Positions 17,025 through 27,831 of a DNA stretch of 64,000 nt are shown piece by piece. Position 1 is the first letter of the stretch. Each line of letters opens with the position of its first letter. The stretch covers positions 735,813 to 799,812 of the forward strand of contig OZ253454.1 in assembly GCA_965261475.1 (NCBI GenBank), read 5' to 3'. Under the pieces are notes generated by a model. It made no database searches and had not been told where the DNA came from. It saw only the letters and a program-made list of their open reading frames with translations. This DNA comes from a bacterium (GTDB lineage: Bacteria > SAR324 > XYD2-FULL-50-16 > G965216635). A program made the position numbers and the translations under genes.

Positions 17025-19790
17025 GTGCCAACTGCTGATTTTTGTACTTCCTGTATAAAAATGATAAATGCTCATTATTATATAACAAAGCGCAATGGTG
17101 AAGTTGTACCATTTGATCAAGCTAGGATTACCAATGCAATTTTTCTAGCATCAAAGTCTGTAGGCTATAAAGACTATGCTTTAGCCGAAGAACTCACAAA
17201 AATAGTTTTAGCCAATATTAAAAATAAGTTTTCTAGTCAATCTGTCAGTGTAGAAAACATACAAGATATTGTTGAGAGTGTTTTAATAGCAAATAATTAT
17301 CAAAAAACAGCAAAAGCCTACATTATATATCGTTCTGAAAGAACAAAAGAAAGAGAGAAGCGGAGAGCTAAAATATTAGCAAAAATCAACAAACACAAAG
17401 CAAATATTACTTTAGCAGATGGCTCTGTGGTAGCTTTTGATAATAATAAAATGTTGCAAGAGATAGAGCAGCTCTCTAAAAATTTAAAAGAAGTAGATTG
17501 TGAAAAATTATTCTTAAGTGCTTGTTCTAATTTATACAATGGTATTCATTTTAAAGAATTAAAAACAGCACTCATAAATGCTGCTAGGGCTAAAATAGAA
17601 CTTAGCATTGACTACTCTTATTTTGCTGCTAGATTGGTTTTAGACAAAATTTATCTTCAAGTTATCAAAATTTCATTAAAAGAAGGTCATGCTAAATTAA
17701 AAAAACAATATCAAACATCTTTTGTTAATTATCTACAACTAGGAATAAAAAATGGTTCTTTACAAAAAGAACTTATGGATTTTGATATACCTACTATACA
17801 AAACACTCTGCAAATAAACAGAGATTTACTTTTCCAATATAGAGGGATTCAAACCGTACACGAGAGATATTTATTGCGAACAACAGATCAAAAAAAAGAA
17901 ATTTTTGAGTTACCTCAATATTTTTGGATGAGAATAGCTATGGGTTTAGCAGTAAACGAAAAACATAATCGTACAAAATACGCAATCGATTTTTACAATA
18001 CTCTATCTCAAATGGACTATGTTTCCTCTACTCCAACCCTCTTTAACTCAGGCACTACTCATTCTCAACTTTCATCTTGTTTTTTGAATAGCGTAGCAGA
18101 TTCGCTAAAAGATATTTTTAAGAGCTACTCAGACAATGCTATGCTTTCCAAATTCGCAGGTGGTATAGGTACAGATTGGACTAATGTTCGCGCTTTAGGC
18201 TCTCGCATCAAAGGCACTAATGGAAATAGTCAGGGTATCATCCCTTTTCTAAAAATATTTAATGATATAGCCATTGCAGTTAATCAAGGAGGAAAAAGAA
18301 AAGGTGCTATGTGTGCTTATTTAGAGCTATGGCACTTGGATATAGAAGAATTTTTAGAATCCAAAAAAAATACAGGAGATGATCGAAGACGATTACACGA
18401 CATACATACTGCGATTTGGGTTCCCGATCTTTTTATGAAACGACTAGCCAACAAAGAAGAATGGACATTATTTTCTCCTATTGATGTAGTAAATTTACAC
18501 GAGCTATACGGAGAAGAATTTGAAAAAAAATATGTAGAATATGAAAACAGCAATATTGTTTCCGCACAAAAAATACCTGCACAATTTTTATGGAAAAAAA
18601 TTATTACTATGCTTTTTGAAACAGGTCATCCTTGGATAACCTTTAAAGACCCTTGTAATATTAGAAATCCTCAAAGCCACGTAGGTGTTATTCACAACTC
18701 AAATCTTTGTACGGAAATAACTTTAAATAACTCAAAAGAAGAAACAGCCGTTTGTAATCTTGGGTCATTAAACTTATCTAGAGTGATGAAAAAAGGTAGA
18801 ATAGACGAAGCAAAACTACAAAATACTATAACTCAAGCTATACGTATGTTAGATAATGTAATTGATATTAATTATTATCCAACAAAAGAAACGAAAAACT
18901 CTAATACTAAACATAGACCTGTAGGTCTTGGAGTAATGGGGTATCAAGATTTACTTTTCCAAATGAATATTCCTTTTGCTTGCGACGAGCAAGTACAACT
19001 TGCAGATAACCTAATGGAAAAAATTGCTTTTTACGCTATTGAAGCATCTTGTATGTTAGCAAAAGAAAAAGGAAGATACGCTAGTTTTGACGGCTCTAAA
19101 TGGGATCAAGGATTGCTACCTTTAGACACATATAAATTATTATCCAAAATTAGAGGAGGTTTAAAAAATTATAACGATTCTTGTACTATGGACTGGGATT
19201 CTTTAAAAGCGAAGATTAAAAAATACGGGATTAGAAATTCTAATTGCCTAGCTATTGCTCCTACAGCTACTATTTCAAATATTACTGGAACTGTTCCTTG
19301 TATTGAGCCTATTTTTCGTAATATTTATACAAAGGAAAACACTGATGGCTCTTTCATTGTCATCAATCACTATCTAGTAGAAGAATTAAAAAAGAAAAAT
19401 TTATGGACAAAAGATATTTTAGATAAAATCAAATATTATGATGGTTCTTTAGCTCAAATTACAGAAATTCCAGCAGATATTCGCAATAAATATCAAGAGG
19501 TATTTGAAATTGATACTATGTGGTTACTAAAATCTGCTGCTGTGCGGTCAAAATGGATAGATCAGAGTCAATCTCTTAATATTTTTACCTCTAGTGCCAG
19601 TGGTCAAATCTTAAGTGATACCTATCAAGCTGCTTGGCAAATGGGTTTAAAAACTACCTATTACTTGAGAAGTTTGAGCGCATCTCAAATTGAAAAAAAC
19701 GTCAATATTCAAAAAATAGAACAAGATCAATCTATCAGCGTCACTAGCTATGATGCTATAAACGATTCCTCTTGTGAGACTTGTCAATAA
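17025..19790 (+). CDS. nrdA: Ribonucleoside-diphosphate reductase alpha subunit, class I, with two N-terminal ATP cones
   Basis: ATP-cone VTKRNGEVVPFDQARITNAI, radical-site SNLCTEI, C-terminal Cys pair SSCETCQ. The true start is probably the second Met (17061, MINAHYYITKRNGE). Confidence 0.85.
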   Translation: MPTADFCTSCIKMINAHYYITKRNGEVVPFDQARITNAIFLASKSVGYKDYALAEELTKIVLANIKNKFSSQSVSVENIQDIVESVLIANNYQKTAKAYIIYRSERTKEREKRRAKILAKINKHKANITLADGSVVAFDNNKMLQEIEQLSKNLKEVDCEKLFLSACSNLYNGIHFKELKTALINAARAKIELSIDYSYFAARLVLDKIYLQVIKISLKEGHAKLKKQYQTSFVNYLQLGIKNGSLQKELMDFDIPTIQNTLQINRDLLFQYRGIQTVHERYLLRTTDQKKEIFELPQYFWMRIAMGLAVNEKHNRTKYAIDFYNTLSQMDYVSSTPTLFNSGTTHSQLSSCFLNSVADSLKDIFKSYSDNAMLSKFAGGIGTDWTNVRALGSRIKGTNGNSQGIIPFLKIFNDIAIAVNQGGKRKGAMCAYLELWHLDIEEFLESKKNTGDDRRRLHDIHTAIWVPDLFMKRLANKEEWTLFSPIDVVNLHELYGEEFEKKYVEYENSNIVSAQKIPAQFLWKKIITMLFETGHPWITFKDPCNIRNPQSHVGVIHNSNLCTEITLNNSKEETAVCNLGSLNLSRVMKKGRIDEAKLQNTITQAIRMLDNVIDINYYPTKETKNSNTKHRPVGLGVMGYQDLLFQMNIPFACDEQVQLADNLMEKIAFYAIEASCMLAKEKGRYASFDGSKWDQGLLPLDTYKLLSKIRGGLKNYNDSCTMDWDSLKAKIKKYGIRNSNCLAIAPTATISNITGTVPCIEPIFRNIYTKENTDGSFIVINHYLVEELKKKNLWTKDILDKIKYYDGSLAQITEIPADIRNKYQEVFEIDTMWLLKSAAVRSKWIDQSQSLNIFTSSASGQILSDTYQAAWQMGLKTTYYLRSLSASQIEKNVNIQKIEQDQSISVTSYDAINDSSCETCQ

Positions 19791-19859
19791 ATAATTTAGC
19801 TCAAGCAATATTTTACTCAGCGCTAATTTATTGGCGTTTTTGTTTTTTACCTACTTAGA

Positions 19860-20717
19860 ATGAGCACAAATAACAACTTAGAGAAGAATTTAGCAAAATT
19901 TTGCCAAAAATTTCAAGAACTAGCAATACAAAAGAATTCTTTGCTAGTTGCTGGGATTGATACAATCACTACTGAGATGGAGCAAGGACAAGTTTATCCT
20001 TCCTCTCAGAGTAAACTAGATTTTAGCATAGATTTTATCAAAAATGTTAGTGAGTTTTGCGTTGGCGCAAAAATTAACCTAGGCTACTGGCAAGATGAAC
20101 AAGATGGAAAAAATTTGCTAGAATTAGTCAAGTATTGTAATCAAAAAGAATTGTTAGTGATTTTAGATGGTAAATATTCAGATATAGCAGCTAGCAATGA
20201 TGCGTGGATTTTTTATGCCAAAAAACTTGGAGTAGATGCTATCACTGTTGCTCCTTTTGCAGCGAATATTGCAACAATGGTTGCTTCCTCGCATAAACAA
20301 AACCTCGCTATTTTTACTATGGGGTTAATGAGCAATCCAGAATTTCAAAAAGAATTGCACTTTCAAAATCAACAAGGAACCAAACTTTACGAATACAGAA
20401 TCTTAGAAGCCCTACATTCTAAAGTAGATGGTTTTGTGATAGGCGCTACCTATTCAGAAAATAGCTCAATAGTAAATAATTTTCTTAAATTAACAAAAAA
20501 TAAAAATATTTTATACCTAATTCCCGGTGTAGGTAGTCAATTAGGAAGTATTAAAAATTTGCATTCTTGGGGTATTGATTTTCGCCGATGCTTAATTAGT
20601 ATATCTCGTAGTTTGATCTTTGCTCAAGACAGAGATTTTTCTGATAAAAAAATAAAAGGCAGACAAAAACAAGCAGCAAAATTTTATCAAACACAAATCA
20701 ACCAATACAAAAATTAA
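19860..20717 (+). CDS. pyrF: Orotidine 5'-phosphate decarboxylase (long type-2 form)
   Basis: D-x-K-x-x-D-I catalytic motif (LDGKYSDI) and about 285 aa. Confidence 0.75.
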   Translation: MSTNNNLEKNLAKFCQKFQELAIQKNSLLVAGIDTITTEMEQGQVYPSSQSKLDFSIDFIKNVSEFCVGAKINLGYWQDEQDGKNLLELVKYCNQKELLVILDGKYSDIAASNDAWIFYAKKLGVDAITVAPFAANIATMVASSHKQNLAIFTMGLMSNPEFQKELHFQNQQGTKLYEYRILEALHSKVDGFVIGATYSENSSIVNNFLKLTKNKNILYLIPGVGSQLGSIKNLHSWGIDFRRCLISISRSLIFAQDRDFSDKKIKGRQKQAAKFYQTQINQYKN

Positions 20718-21419
20718 ATGTCTTTTTCTAAAAGTACATTCCATACTTTTTTACTAGAGCAAGAAATAATTTGCTTTATTGACCCACCTATTGTGTTAAA
20801 ATCTGGTAAACAATCTTATTGGTATGCTAATTTTCGTAAAATATCACAAAATTATAAAAAGTTAGAAAAATTTGCTCAAATAATCGCAGATTTTTTACTA
20901 GAAATTGCTTTGCCTTCAGTAGATGGAGTTTTAGGCGTCCCAGAAGGTGCTAGCTTGCTAGGGTTTGAGGTACAAAAACAACTAGTTAAAAAAGGTAAAT
21001 TTTTAGATAAAATTTTTTATTTTCGTACTCAAGTTAAACAACATGGTAATCCGAGCGATAAATACTGGGTGAATGGAAATCAACCTCAAAAATTAATCTT
21101 ACTAGAAGATGTATCCACTACAGGTGGATCGCTAATCAGATTTGCTCAAAAATTACATAAAATACAAATAGCAACTCCTTTGGTGCTAGGTCTATTAGAT
21201 AGAGAGCAGTTAAATACTAAAGGTGAAGAATTATCAAAAGTTCTAAAAAATATAAAATTAGCATCATATTTTTTAACAAAAGCACAAAATATCCTGCCTT
21301 TAGCTCTAGCAAAAACACAAAATCCAAGTTTCTTTCAGCAAAAAATTCGTGAAGAATATCAAAGAGAATATCAAGCATTCCAAAAAGATCATCCATTATG
21401 TTCATTAGCGCAGATGTAG
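20718..21419 (+). CDS. pyrE: Orotate phosphoribosyltransferase
   Basis: PRPP-binding motif LILLEDVSTTGGSLI and N-terminal IVLKSGKQSYWYANF (compare FTLKSGRKSPYFFN). Start codon abuts the pyrF stop. Confidence 0.8.
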   Translation: MSFSKSTFHTFLLEQEIICFIDPPIVLKSGKQSYWYANFRKISQNYKKLEKFAQIIADFLLEIALPSVDGVLGVPEGASLLGFEVQKQLVKKGKFLDKIFYFRTQVKQHGNPSDKYWVNGNQPQKLILLEDVSTTGGSLIRFAQKLHKIQIATPLVLGLLDREQLNTKGEELSKVLKNIKLASYFLTKAQNILPLALAKTQNPSFFQQKIREEYQREYQAFQKDHPLCSLAQM

Positions 21420-22105
21420 GAGAAACTCCTCAAGATAAGGAATTTATGCCTTTTTTAGATATTGCTAATATAGCTTGCGGTTACCACGCAGGAGATGAAA
21501 CAAGTATAACTCAAATGGTGCTGTTAGCAAAAAAATATCTAGTAAAAATCTCAGCCCATTTAAGCTATCAGGATAGAAAAAATTTTGGCAGGAAAAGCAT
21601 TTTTATAGATAAGGCAACTCTTAGAGTGCAATTACTTATACAGCTACAAACTATAGATAAAATTTGTAAAATAAACAATCTTCCTCTTGCTTTTGTGAAA
21701 CCACACGGTGCGTTATACAACGATATTACAAAAATTCCAGAAGTCCTAGAAGCCATTGCAGAAACAATTGCAGAATACAATCAGCAGCTTTTATGGATTT
21801 TTTTTGCTACCAAAAATAATGCAAAATATATAAAAATTGCTAAAAAATATGGTTTGAAACTACTTTTTGAATCCTTTGCTGATAGGGAATATGACAAAGG
21901 TTGTCTAAAAAATAGAAAAGAAAAAGGAGCGCTCATAAAAGAAAGTTCCGAAATTATCAAAAGGGTAGATTTACTAAGAGAAAAAAATATTATACTCAAC
22001 GAACTAGGAAAAAAAGAAAAACTCTCAGCACAAACTATCTGCTTTCATGGCGATAATCCAGCTAGCTTGGTAGCTATTAAAATTCTTAAAAAATGGAAAA
22101 AATAG
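21398..22105 (+). CDS. pxpA: 5-oxoprolinase subunit A (LamB/YcsF family)
   Basis: ISADVGE...ANIACGYHAGD signature. Confidence 0.8.
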   Translation: MFISADVGETPQDKEFMPFLDIANIACGYHAGDETSITQMVLLAKKYLVKISAHLSYQDRKNFGRKSIFIDKATLRVQLLIQLQTIDKICKINNLPLAFVKPHGALYNDITKIPEVLEAIAETIAEYNQQLLWIFFATKNNAKYIKIAKKYGLKLLFESFADREYDKGCLKNRKEKGALIKESSEIIKRVDLLREKNIILNELGKKEKLSAQTICFHGDNPASLVAIKILKKWKK

Positions 22106-22779
22106 TAATTTACCCTGCTAGTGATAACAGCTTATTCTTGCAAGGCTTAGGCAATAAACTACCTAGTTTTCAGCAGTTACTAGCAATAAAACTTCAAAGT
22201 TATATTTTAGATTTTATACCAGCCTACGATGATTTACTTGTTTTGTATGACTTACTATCTATTTGTCATGAAGAACTAATAAAAAAAATTGAGATGCTCT
22301 GGGAGAGGGAATATCACAACCTCTCTACAAGTATCATTAAAAATAACAAAATTATCAATATCCCAGTTTATTACGGAGTAGAAGTAGGTTGGGATTTAGT
22401 AACAATATCTAAGCAAAAAAAAATATCCGTTGATAACATTATTAAAATACATAGTAGCACTACTTACAAAGTACTAGCGGTAGGGTTTCGACCAGGATTT
22501 GCTTACTTAGGATACCTGGAAAAAAATTTACACCTACCAAGAAAACAAAATGCTAGAATGAATGTTCCTCAAGGCTCTGTAGCTATTGCTAATACACAAA
22601 GTGCGGTATACCCCAGTAATGGAGCTGGCGGTTGGAATATTATTGGTAAAACCTTTTTACCAATGCTGCATTGGACAAATAAACATCCTTGCTTACTACA
22701 AATGGGAGATCTGGTACGATTTAAAATTATTTCTAAAGAAAAATTTTTAAATCTCGGAGGAAAAATAATAAAAGAATAA
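22093..22779 (+). CDS. pxpB: 5-oxoprolinase subunit B (KipI/allophanate hydrolase subunit 1 family)
   Basis: GFRPGFAYLG motif. Overlaps pxpA by 13 nt. Confidence 0.75.
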   Translation: MEKIVIYPASDNSLFLQGLGNKLPSFQQLLAIKLQSYILDFIPAYDDLLVLYDLLSICHEELIKKIEMLWEREYHNLSTSIIKNNKIINIPVYYGVEVGWDLVTISKQKKISVDNIIKIHSSTTYKVLAVGFRPGFAYLGYLEKNLHLPRKQNARMNVPQGSVAIANTQSAVYPSNGAGGWNIIGKTFLPMLHWTNKHPCLLQMGDLVRFKIISKEKFLNLGGKIIKE

Positions 22780-22782
22780 ATA

Positions 22783-23730
22783 ATGGCACTAAAAATAATC
22801 AAAAGTGGTTTCCGTAGTTTAGTACAAGATCAAGGAAGGTTAGGATATCACAATATTGGTTTAGGTATATCTGGAGCTTTAGATGAAGTTTCTTACCTTG
22901 TTGGCAATTATTTACTAGAGCACTCTCAAATTACAAATTCTATAGAAATTTTATTGGGTAATTTTGTAGCACAAGTGCAAGAGACAACCAATTTTGCAAT
23001 TACAGGAGCTCAAGCGATTGTAACTAAAAATGAAAAAAGAATACCTATGTGGTCACGGTTTGCTGCAAAAAAAGGAGATATTATTGAAATCAAAGAAGTA
23101 ATCAACGGAAACTTAAACTACCTTACAGTAGAAGGTGGGTTTCAAATAGAAAAATTTTGTGGTAGTTACGCTACCAATTTTAAACTTGGAATAGGCGCTA
23201 ATTTTGGTAAAAAATTAACTAAACAAACTTTATTCTACAAACGAAGTGTAGCGAAAAATTCTGGATTTTTTCCAACTAAATATCTACTAGATTATTGGCA
23301 AAAAAAAAATGAACAACCAGTTGCTATTCGTGTTGTTTTTTACCCAAAGACACAAGAATTTTTTTTAACTAAATGTGTAGAAAAATTCTTAAATAGTGTA
23401 TACACCATCAGTTTAGAATCAGATAGAGCAGGTATACGTTTAGCAGGAGAAAAAATATATCCAAAAAAAACTAGTGTTTTGTCTGCGGGATTAACCTTTG
23501 GTACTATACAAGTACAAACCTCAGGCATACCTATTATTTTAATGAAAGATTGCCAAACTATAGGAGGCTACCCTAAAATAGGTTATATTTGTACTTTAGA
23601 TAGTTTTTTATTAGCTCAACTTAGAGTCAAACAACAAATTCGTTTTGTAAAAATCAATGCTCAAGAATCACAAGCAATAACAAAAAATTTCTATCAAAAA
23701 TTTTCTCAACTAAGAGCTAGACGACTTTAG
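22783..23730 (+). CDS. pxpC: 5-oxoprolinase subunit C (KipA/allophanate hydrolase subunit 2 family)
   Basis: IIKSGFRSLVQDQGRLGYHNIGLGISGALD N-terminal signature. Confidence 0.75.
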   Translation: MALKIIKSGFRSLVQDQGRLGYHNIGLGISGALDEVSYLVGNYLLEHSQITNSIEILLGNFVAQVQETTNFAITGAQAIVTKNEKRIPMWSRFAAKKGDIIEIKEVINGNLNYLTVEGGFQIEKFCGSYATNFKLGIGANFGKKLTKQTLFYKRSVAKNSGFFPTKYLLDYWQKKNEQPVAIRVVFYPKTQEFFLTKCVEKFLNSVYTISLESDRAGIRLAGEKIYPKKTSVLSAGLTFGTIQVQTSGIPIILMKDCQTIGGYPKIGYICTLDSFLLAQLRVKQQIRFVKINAQESQAITKNFYQKFSQLRARRL

Positions 23731-23753
23731 AATTTTATTACTTGATAATAGTA

Positions 23754-24143
23754 TTATTTTTGCACAGGGTAAGATACAAATCTAATACCTAAATTTTGTG
23801 CTACTGTTTTAATTCTGTGCTCGTATTTGCCTAATTTACCATCTGTGTCATAAATAACTACTACAGCTTCTTTGTTAGTCAAAAAAGCAGCAAAAACAGC
23901 TTGTTGTACGCTATCTAAACTACTTCTTTTGTCTAAGCCCCCTTCATAAACTCTGCTTTTTGTTTCACAATCTATTAGAATATAGCTTCTGTAATTAGCA
24001 TAATTATAATAATGCTTGCTTTCGGTTTTTCCTTTTAATTTATGACAAAAGAATTTGTTGTAATAATTTTCGTTTTTCTTGATTTGTTGTGTAGCACAAG
24101 AACCGAGTAACAATAAAGCTAGTGCCAAACATAATTGTTTCAT
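23754..24143 (-). CDS. Small lipoprotein, function unknown
   Basis: Signal peptide with lipobox LLGSC (MKQLCLALALLLLGSCATQQ). Confidence 0.5.
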   Translation of the reverse strand: MKQLCLALALLLLGSCATQQIKKNENYYNKFFCHKLKGKTESKHYYNYANYRSYILIDCETKSRVYEGGLDKRSSLDSVQQAVFAAFLTNKEAVVVIYDTDGKLGKYEHRIKTVAQNLGIRFVSYPVQK

Positions 24144-24173
24144 TGTAATTTTATAAAAATACCAATTATCAAT

Positions 24174-27100
24174 CTATAAACACTTGTTTTTTTGCTCTGT
24201 AAGATCTACCGAAAAAATACGCGAAATACCTTCATTGAGCATAGTTACTCCCAAAACTACATCTCCTACAAGGATAGTTTTTTGGTTGTGTGTAATCATA
24301 ATAATTTGATTAGATTTTGCTATTTCCTTAATTATTGCAATAATACGCTCTACATTGACAGTATCTAGAGCCGCATCTACTTCGTCTAAAAAACAAAAAA
24401 TACTAGGATTAACCTGTAAAACTGCGAAGACAAAGACTAAGCCTACCAAACTTTTTTCTCCACTACTTAGTAAAGTTAGATTCTGCATCTTTTTTCCTAA
24501 AGGTTGAACAAAAATCTCTACACCAGTATTTAATAAATCTGTTTTATTATCTAAAATCAAAGCTGCGCTACCACCACCAAAAACTATTGCAAATAACCTT
24601 TGAAAAGCTTGATCAATTTGTTTAAAAGTACGATAAAAAGAATCCTTACTGTTTTGCTCAATTGTTGAGATAGATTCCCTCAAAGCAAAAAGGCTCTGAT
24701 CTAAATCTTGTTTTTGCTGAGTATAAAATTCTAACTTTTGTTTGAGCTTGGCATATTCTTCTTTAGCACCTAAATTGATGTTAACAAACAAGGGCATTTT
24801 TTTTTGGAGTTGTTGTAGCTCTTCTTTAGCGGTTTTAATTTGAAACTCTTCGCTTTGAAAATAACGCAAAACTTCTGCTGCTGTAGTAGTGTAATTATCG
24901 TGTAATTGCTCTGCAAAATTTTTTTGTCTTTCGGAGAGCATACTAATATTAAGTTCGCTTTCGTAATAATTTTTTTTATTCTCACTGATTGTTTGCCTTA
25001 ATATTTCTTGTTTTTGTTGCAATTCTTTTTTCGTTACCTGGAATTGCAACAGAGCTTTTTTTGTATTTTCTAGTAATTCCAATTGTTCTGCTTTGTATTT
25101 TTTTTTGACTAGAATGTTTTGTTGTAATTTTGCTAATTCTGTTATATTTTGTGTGGTTTGTTGCCAATCTGTTATCTGCTGTTGTTTTTTGTGGAGTAAA
25201 TCTTGACTATAATCTAACTCGTTTTGAATACGAAGAGCTGTTTCTTTGATAAAATTTTCTTGTAGTGCATAGCTATCCAATTCTTTTTCTTGAGCTTGCT
25301 GTTTTGCTCGTTTTTGATTTAACTTTACCTGCAAACTATCTTGTTTTTGATAAATAATAGCGGTTTCTGCCAAAATTTGTTTTTTATTTACTGTGAGTTG
25401 TGTAATTATTTTTTGAGCTTTATTTAAATCTCTTTCAACTATTGCTCGTTCTTTTTGGATATTTCTGATCTGTTGCAACTCCTTTTTTTTTTGATTGCAA
25501 GTTATTTGTATTTTCCAATAATTATCTTGTAAAACAGAAGTTTTTTGTGTTTGTTGTGTTTTTTTTGCTCTATGGTGTAAAATTTGATTTTTACAATCTA
25601 TGAGCTGCGTAGCTGTACGCTCTTTGGTAAGTTCGATTGTTGATAAATCTATCTTTGCTGCTGATAAAGTTTTTTCTAGCTGTTGTAGTTTGATGCGGCG
25701 TTGTGTATATTGCTCAGACAAAGTAGCCTGAGATACCTGTTGGTATTTTAACAAGTAAGGAAAAACAGAAGATATTTCTTTTGAATAAAAAATCTTATTC
25801 GTTTTTTGTGGTAATTCTGTAGTATTTTCTAGTAGAGCAAAAAAACAATGTAATTTTTTTTCTTGCCCTAGGGTTAAATCTGTTGTAAAAATTATTTCTT
25901 TTGCTAGAGAATTATTGGGAGCAAAGTCTTCTGTTAGCTCATCTAAGAACAGCAAATCCAAACTAGATACAGATATTTGCTCCAACGACTTTGTAATCGC
26001 TTGTAGATTATTTTTAGAAGCAAATACTGCAATATGCAAAAAATTATCAAAAAAATGAAACGCTGAACGCGGTGCTTCTTTTCTAATACTAAATAATTGG
26101 CTAAAAAACCCTATGAACCCATTATTTTTTAAAGCATCAAAATTTTTTAATGGGCTTGCTAATTCTAAGCTATGACTTTGGTAAGTTAATGCTTGTTTTG
26201 TCTGAGTTATACAATTTTGTAACTGATTGTATTTTTTTTGGATTATCTTTTGAGTTTCTTGTAATTCTTGATAAGTAGTTTCTAACTCTAAGAGACTAGA
26301 CTCACTCTCTATACTTGCAGATTGTTGTAATAAATATTTTTTTTTGCTTGTTTTTTGCTCTAACCACTGATTCACAACTTCTTGTCTCAAATTCTTTAAA
26401 TCTGTAGTTGTTGTTGGAGTTTGAATTTTTTGGCTCTGAAAGTTCACCAAACTTTGTTGAGCTGTTAGTTTTAGAGAAATTTTTTGCTCTTTGTTGCTTA
26501 ACTGCTCTTTGTTATAAAGAAAATCTTGATATTGTTGTTCTAGTATTGCTACTTGTTTTTGAGATTCTTGTAGCTTAGAATTATCTATAAATTTTGGTAA
26601 TTTTTTATTCTTGATATTTGATAGCTCTTGTTTTTTTTCTTTAATTTTTTGTTGTAAAAAATATTTTTCTTCTTCAGATTTAGCAATCCAAGAGTTAGTG
26701 TTAGTAAATAATTGATTATCTACTTGCCATTTGCTTGTTATTTTTTGTAATTCTTGAGTAATAGTTTGGTAATTATGCTGGAGCTTAGTATATGTTTGTT
26801 CTTTGAGTAAAAGTTTGTTTTCTAAAGATACCAGATCATTTTCTGTTTTTATTAATTTGTCTTCGTTTAAACTTATTGAGTGCTTACTATTCTCCTTGAT
26901 GGCTATTTTTAATTTTTGGTTAATATTTTGCCACTGAGTAGCAAGACTCATTTTTCTTAAAAATTCTATTCTTCCTTTGATTTTTAAATAATCATCTACT
27001 AGTTCAGCTTGCTTGGATAGTTTATCGTATTGCACTCTAAACTCTAATACTCTATCTGCTATCCTATTTAAATTATTTTCTGCATTATTTAATTTATTCT

Positions 27101-27641
27101 CTGAATCTTTTTTAAGTGTTTTAAACTTCATCAAACCTGCTGCCTCCTCTATGATCTGTCTTTTCTCCTCTGGTTTACTTTGTATAATTTGGGTAACATT
27201 GCCTTGCTCTATAAAAGAATAACCAGAATAACTCACGCCAAGTTCCATTAAAAGCGTTTTTACATCTAGCAACCTGCAAGGAGATTGGTTAATATAGTAC
27301 TGATTATTACCATTACGAAAAAATTTACGAGAGATTTGAAACTCGTGCATTTTACCGTATCTAGCAATATCTATTTGATCATCGTTGATAAAATGCAAAT
27401 GCACTTGAGAAAGATTAACTGCCGCAGAATTTTCACTACCAGAAAAGATGACATTATCATTTATAGCTACCCGTAACTTACTGCCTCCCTCACCTATAGC
27501 CCAGCGTACAGCATCAAAAACATTGCTTTTACCACAACCGTTAGGACCAACGATCACAGTAATTTGATTTTTTACTAATAGTATATTTGTATTTTCTAAG
27601 AATGATTTAAAACCAGAAATTCGTATTTGTGAAAGATACAT
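24174..27641 (-). CDS. smc: Chromosome segregation ATPase SMC
   Basis: N-terminal Walker A GPNGCGKSN, long coiled coils, C-terminal LSGGEKSL signature and FLDEVDAALD Walker B. 1155 aa. Confidence 0.9.
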   Translation of the reverse strand: MYLSQIRISGFKSFLENTNILLVKNQITVIVGPNGCGKSNVFDAVRWAIGEGGSKLRVAINDNVIFSGSENSAAVNLSQVHLHFINDDQIDIARYGKMHEFQISRKFFRNGNNQYYINQSPCRLLDVKTLLMELGVSYSGYSFIEQGNVTQIIQSKPEEKRQIIEEAAGLMKFKTLKKDSENKLNNAENNLNRIADRVLEFRVQYDKLSKQAELVDDYLKIKGRIEFLRKMSLATQWQNINQKLKIAIKENSKHSISLNEDKLIKTENDLVSLENKLLLKEQTYTKLQHNYQTITQELQKITSKWQVDNQLFTNTNSWIAKSEEEKYFLQQKIKEKKQELSNIKNKKLPKFIDNSKLQESQKQVAILEQQYQDFLYNKEQLSNKEQKISLKLTAQQSLVNFQSQKIQTPTTTTDLKNLRQEVVNQWLEQKTSKKKYLLQQSASIESESSLLELETTYQELQETQKIIQKKYNQLQNCITQTKQALTYQSHSLELASPLKNFDALKNNGFIGFFSQLFSIRKEAPRSAFHFFDNFLHIAVFASKNNLQAITKSLEQISVSSLDLLFLDELTEDFAPNNSLAKEIIFTTDLTLGQEKKLHCFFALLENTTELPQKTNKIFYSKEISSVFPYLLKYQQVSQATLSEQYTQRRIKLQQLEKTLSAAKIDLSTIELTKERTATQLIDCKNQILHHRAKKTQQTQKTSVLQDNYWKIQITCNQKKKELQQIRNIQKERAIVERDLNKAQKIITQLTVNKKQILAETAIIYQKQDSLQVKLNQKRAKQQAQEKELDSYALQENFIKETALRIQNELDYSQDLLHKKQQQITDWQQTTQNITELAKLQQNILVKKKYKAEQLELLENTKKALLQFQVTKKELQQKQEILRQTISENKKNYYESELNISMLSERQKNFAEQLHDNYTTTAAEVLRYFQSEEFQIKTAKEELQQLQKKMPLFVNINLGAKEEYAKLKQKLEFYTQQKQDLDQSLFALRESISTIEQNSKDSFYRTFKQIDQAFQRLFAIVFGGGSAALILDNKTDLLNTGVEIFVQPLGKKMQNLTLLSSGEKSLVGLVFVFAVLQVNPSIFCFLDEVDAALDTVNVERIIAIIKEIAKSNQIIMITHNQKTILVGDVVLGVTMLNEGISRIFSVDLTEQKNKCL

Positions 27642-27737
27642 CTTTTATTGGATTTTTAATCAAGTTAGTCTATCGCTATATCTATATTTTTAAGGTTTTG
27701 TGAAGTTTAAAACGCCAAAATATTTGTCTCGACAAAC

Positions 27738-27764
27738 ACACAAAGATTGAGAATAACTTTGTGT
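27738..27764 (-). terminator. Hairpin (8-bp stem ACACAAAG/CTTTGTGT, 11-nt loop) just downstream of the betB stop; candidate intrinsic terminator
   Basis: Perfect 8-bp inverted repeat read from the sequence. On the minus strand it is followed by GTTTGTCG, which is only moderately U-rich. Confidence 0.3.
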
Positions 27765-27831
27765 ACTCAAAAGTTCTAAGCTATAAAATTTTCTTCTTAT
27801 TGCTTTGATTTTTAGCGAATTTGTTAACAAT

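Noticed and set aside
17025-19790. Class II (B12-dependent, NrdJ) ribonucleotide reductase
   Set aside because: The size suggested it, but the SNLCTEI radical-site motif and the C-terminal Cys pair fit class I NrdA, as do the duplicated ATP cones.
17318-27476. Numerous 60-133 aa antisense or overlapping ORFs inside nrdA, pxpA, smc, betB, proX/W, rseP, hflX, rpsA, metG, mgtE and others
   Set aside because: All lie within and antisense to, or out of frame with, long motif-supported genes and have hydrophobic or low-complexity translations. I treat them as spurious.
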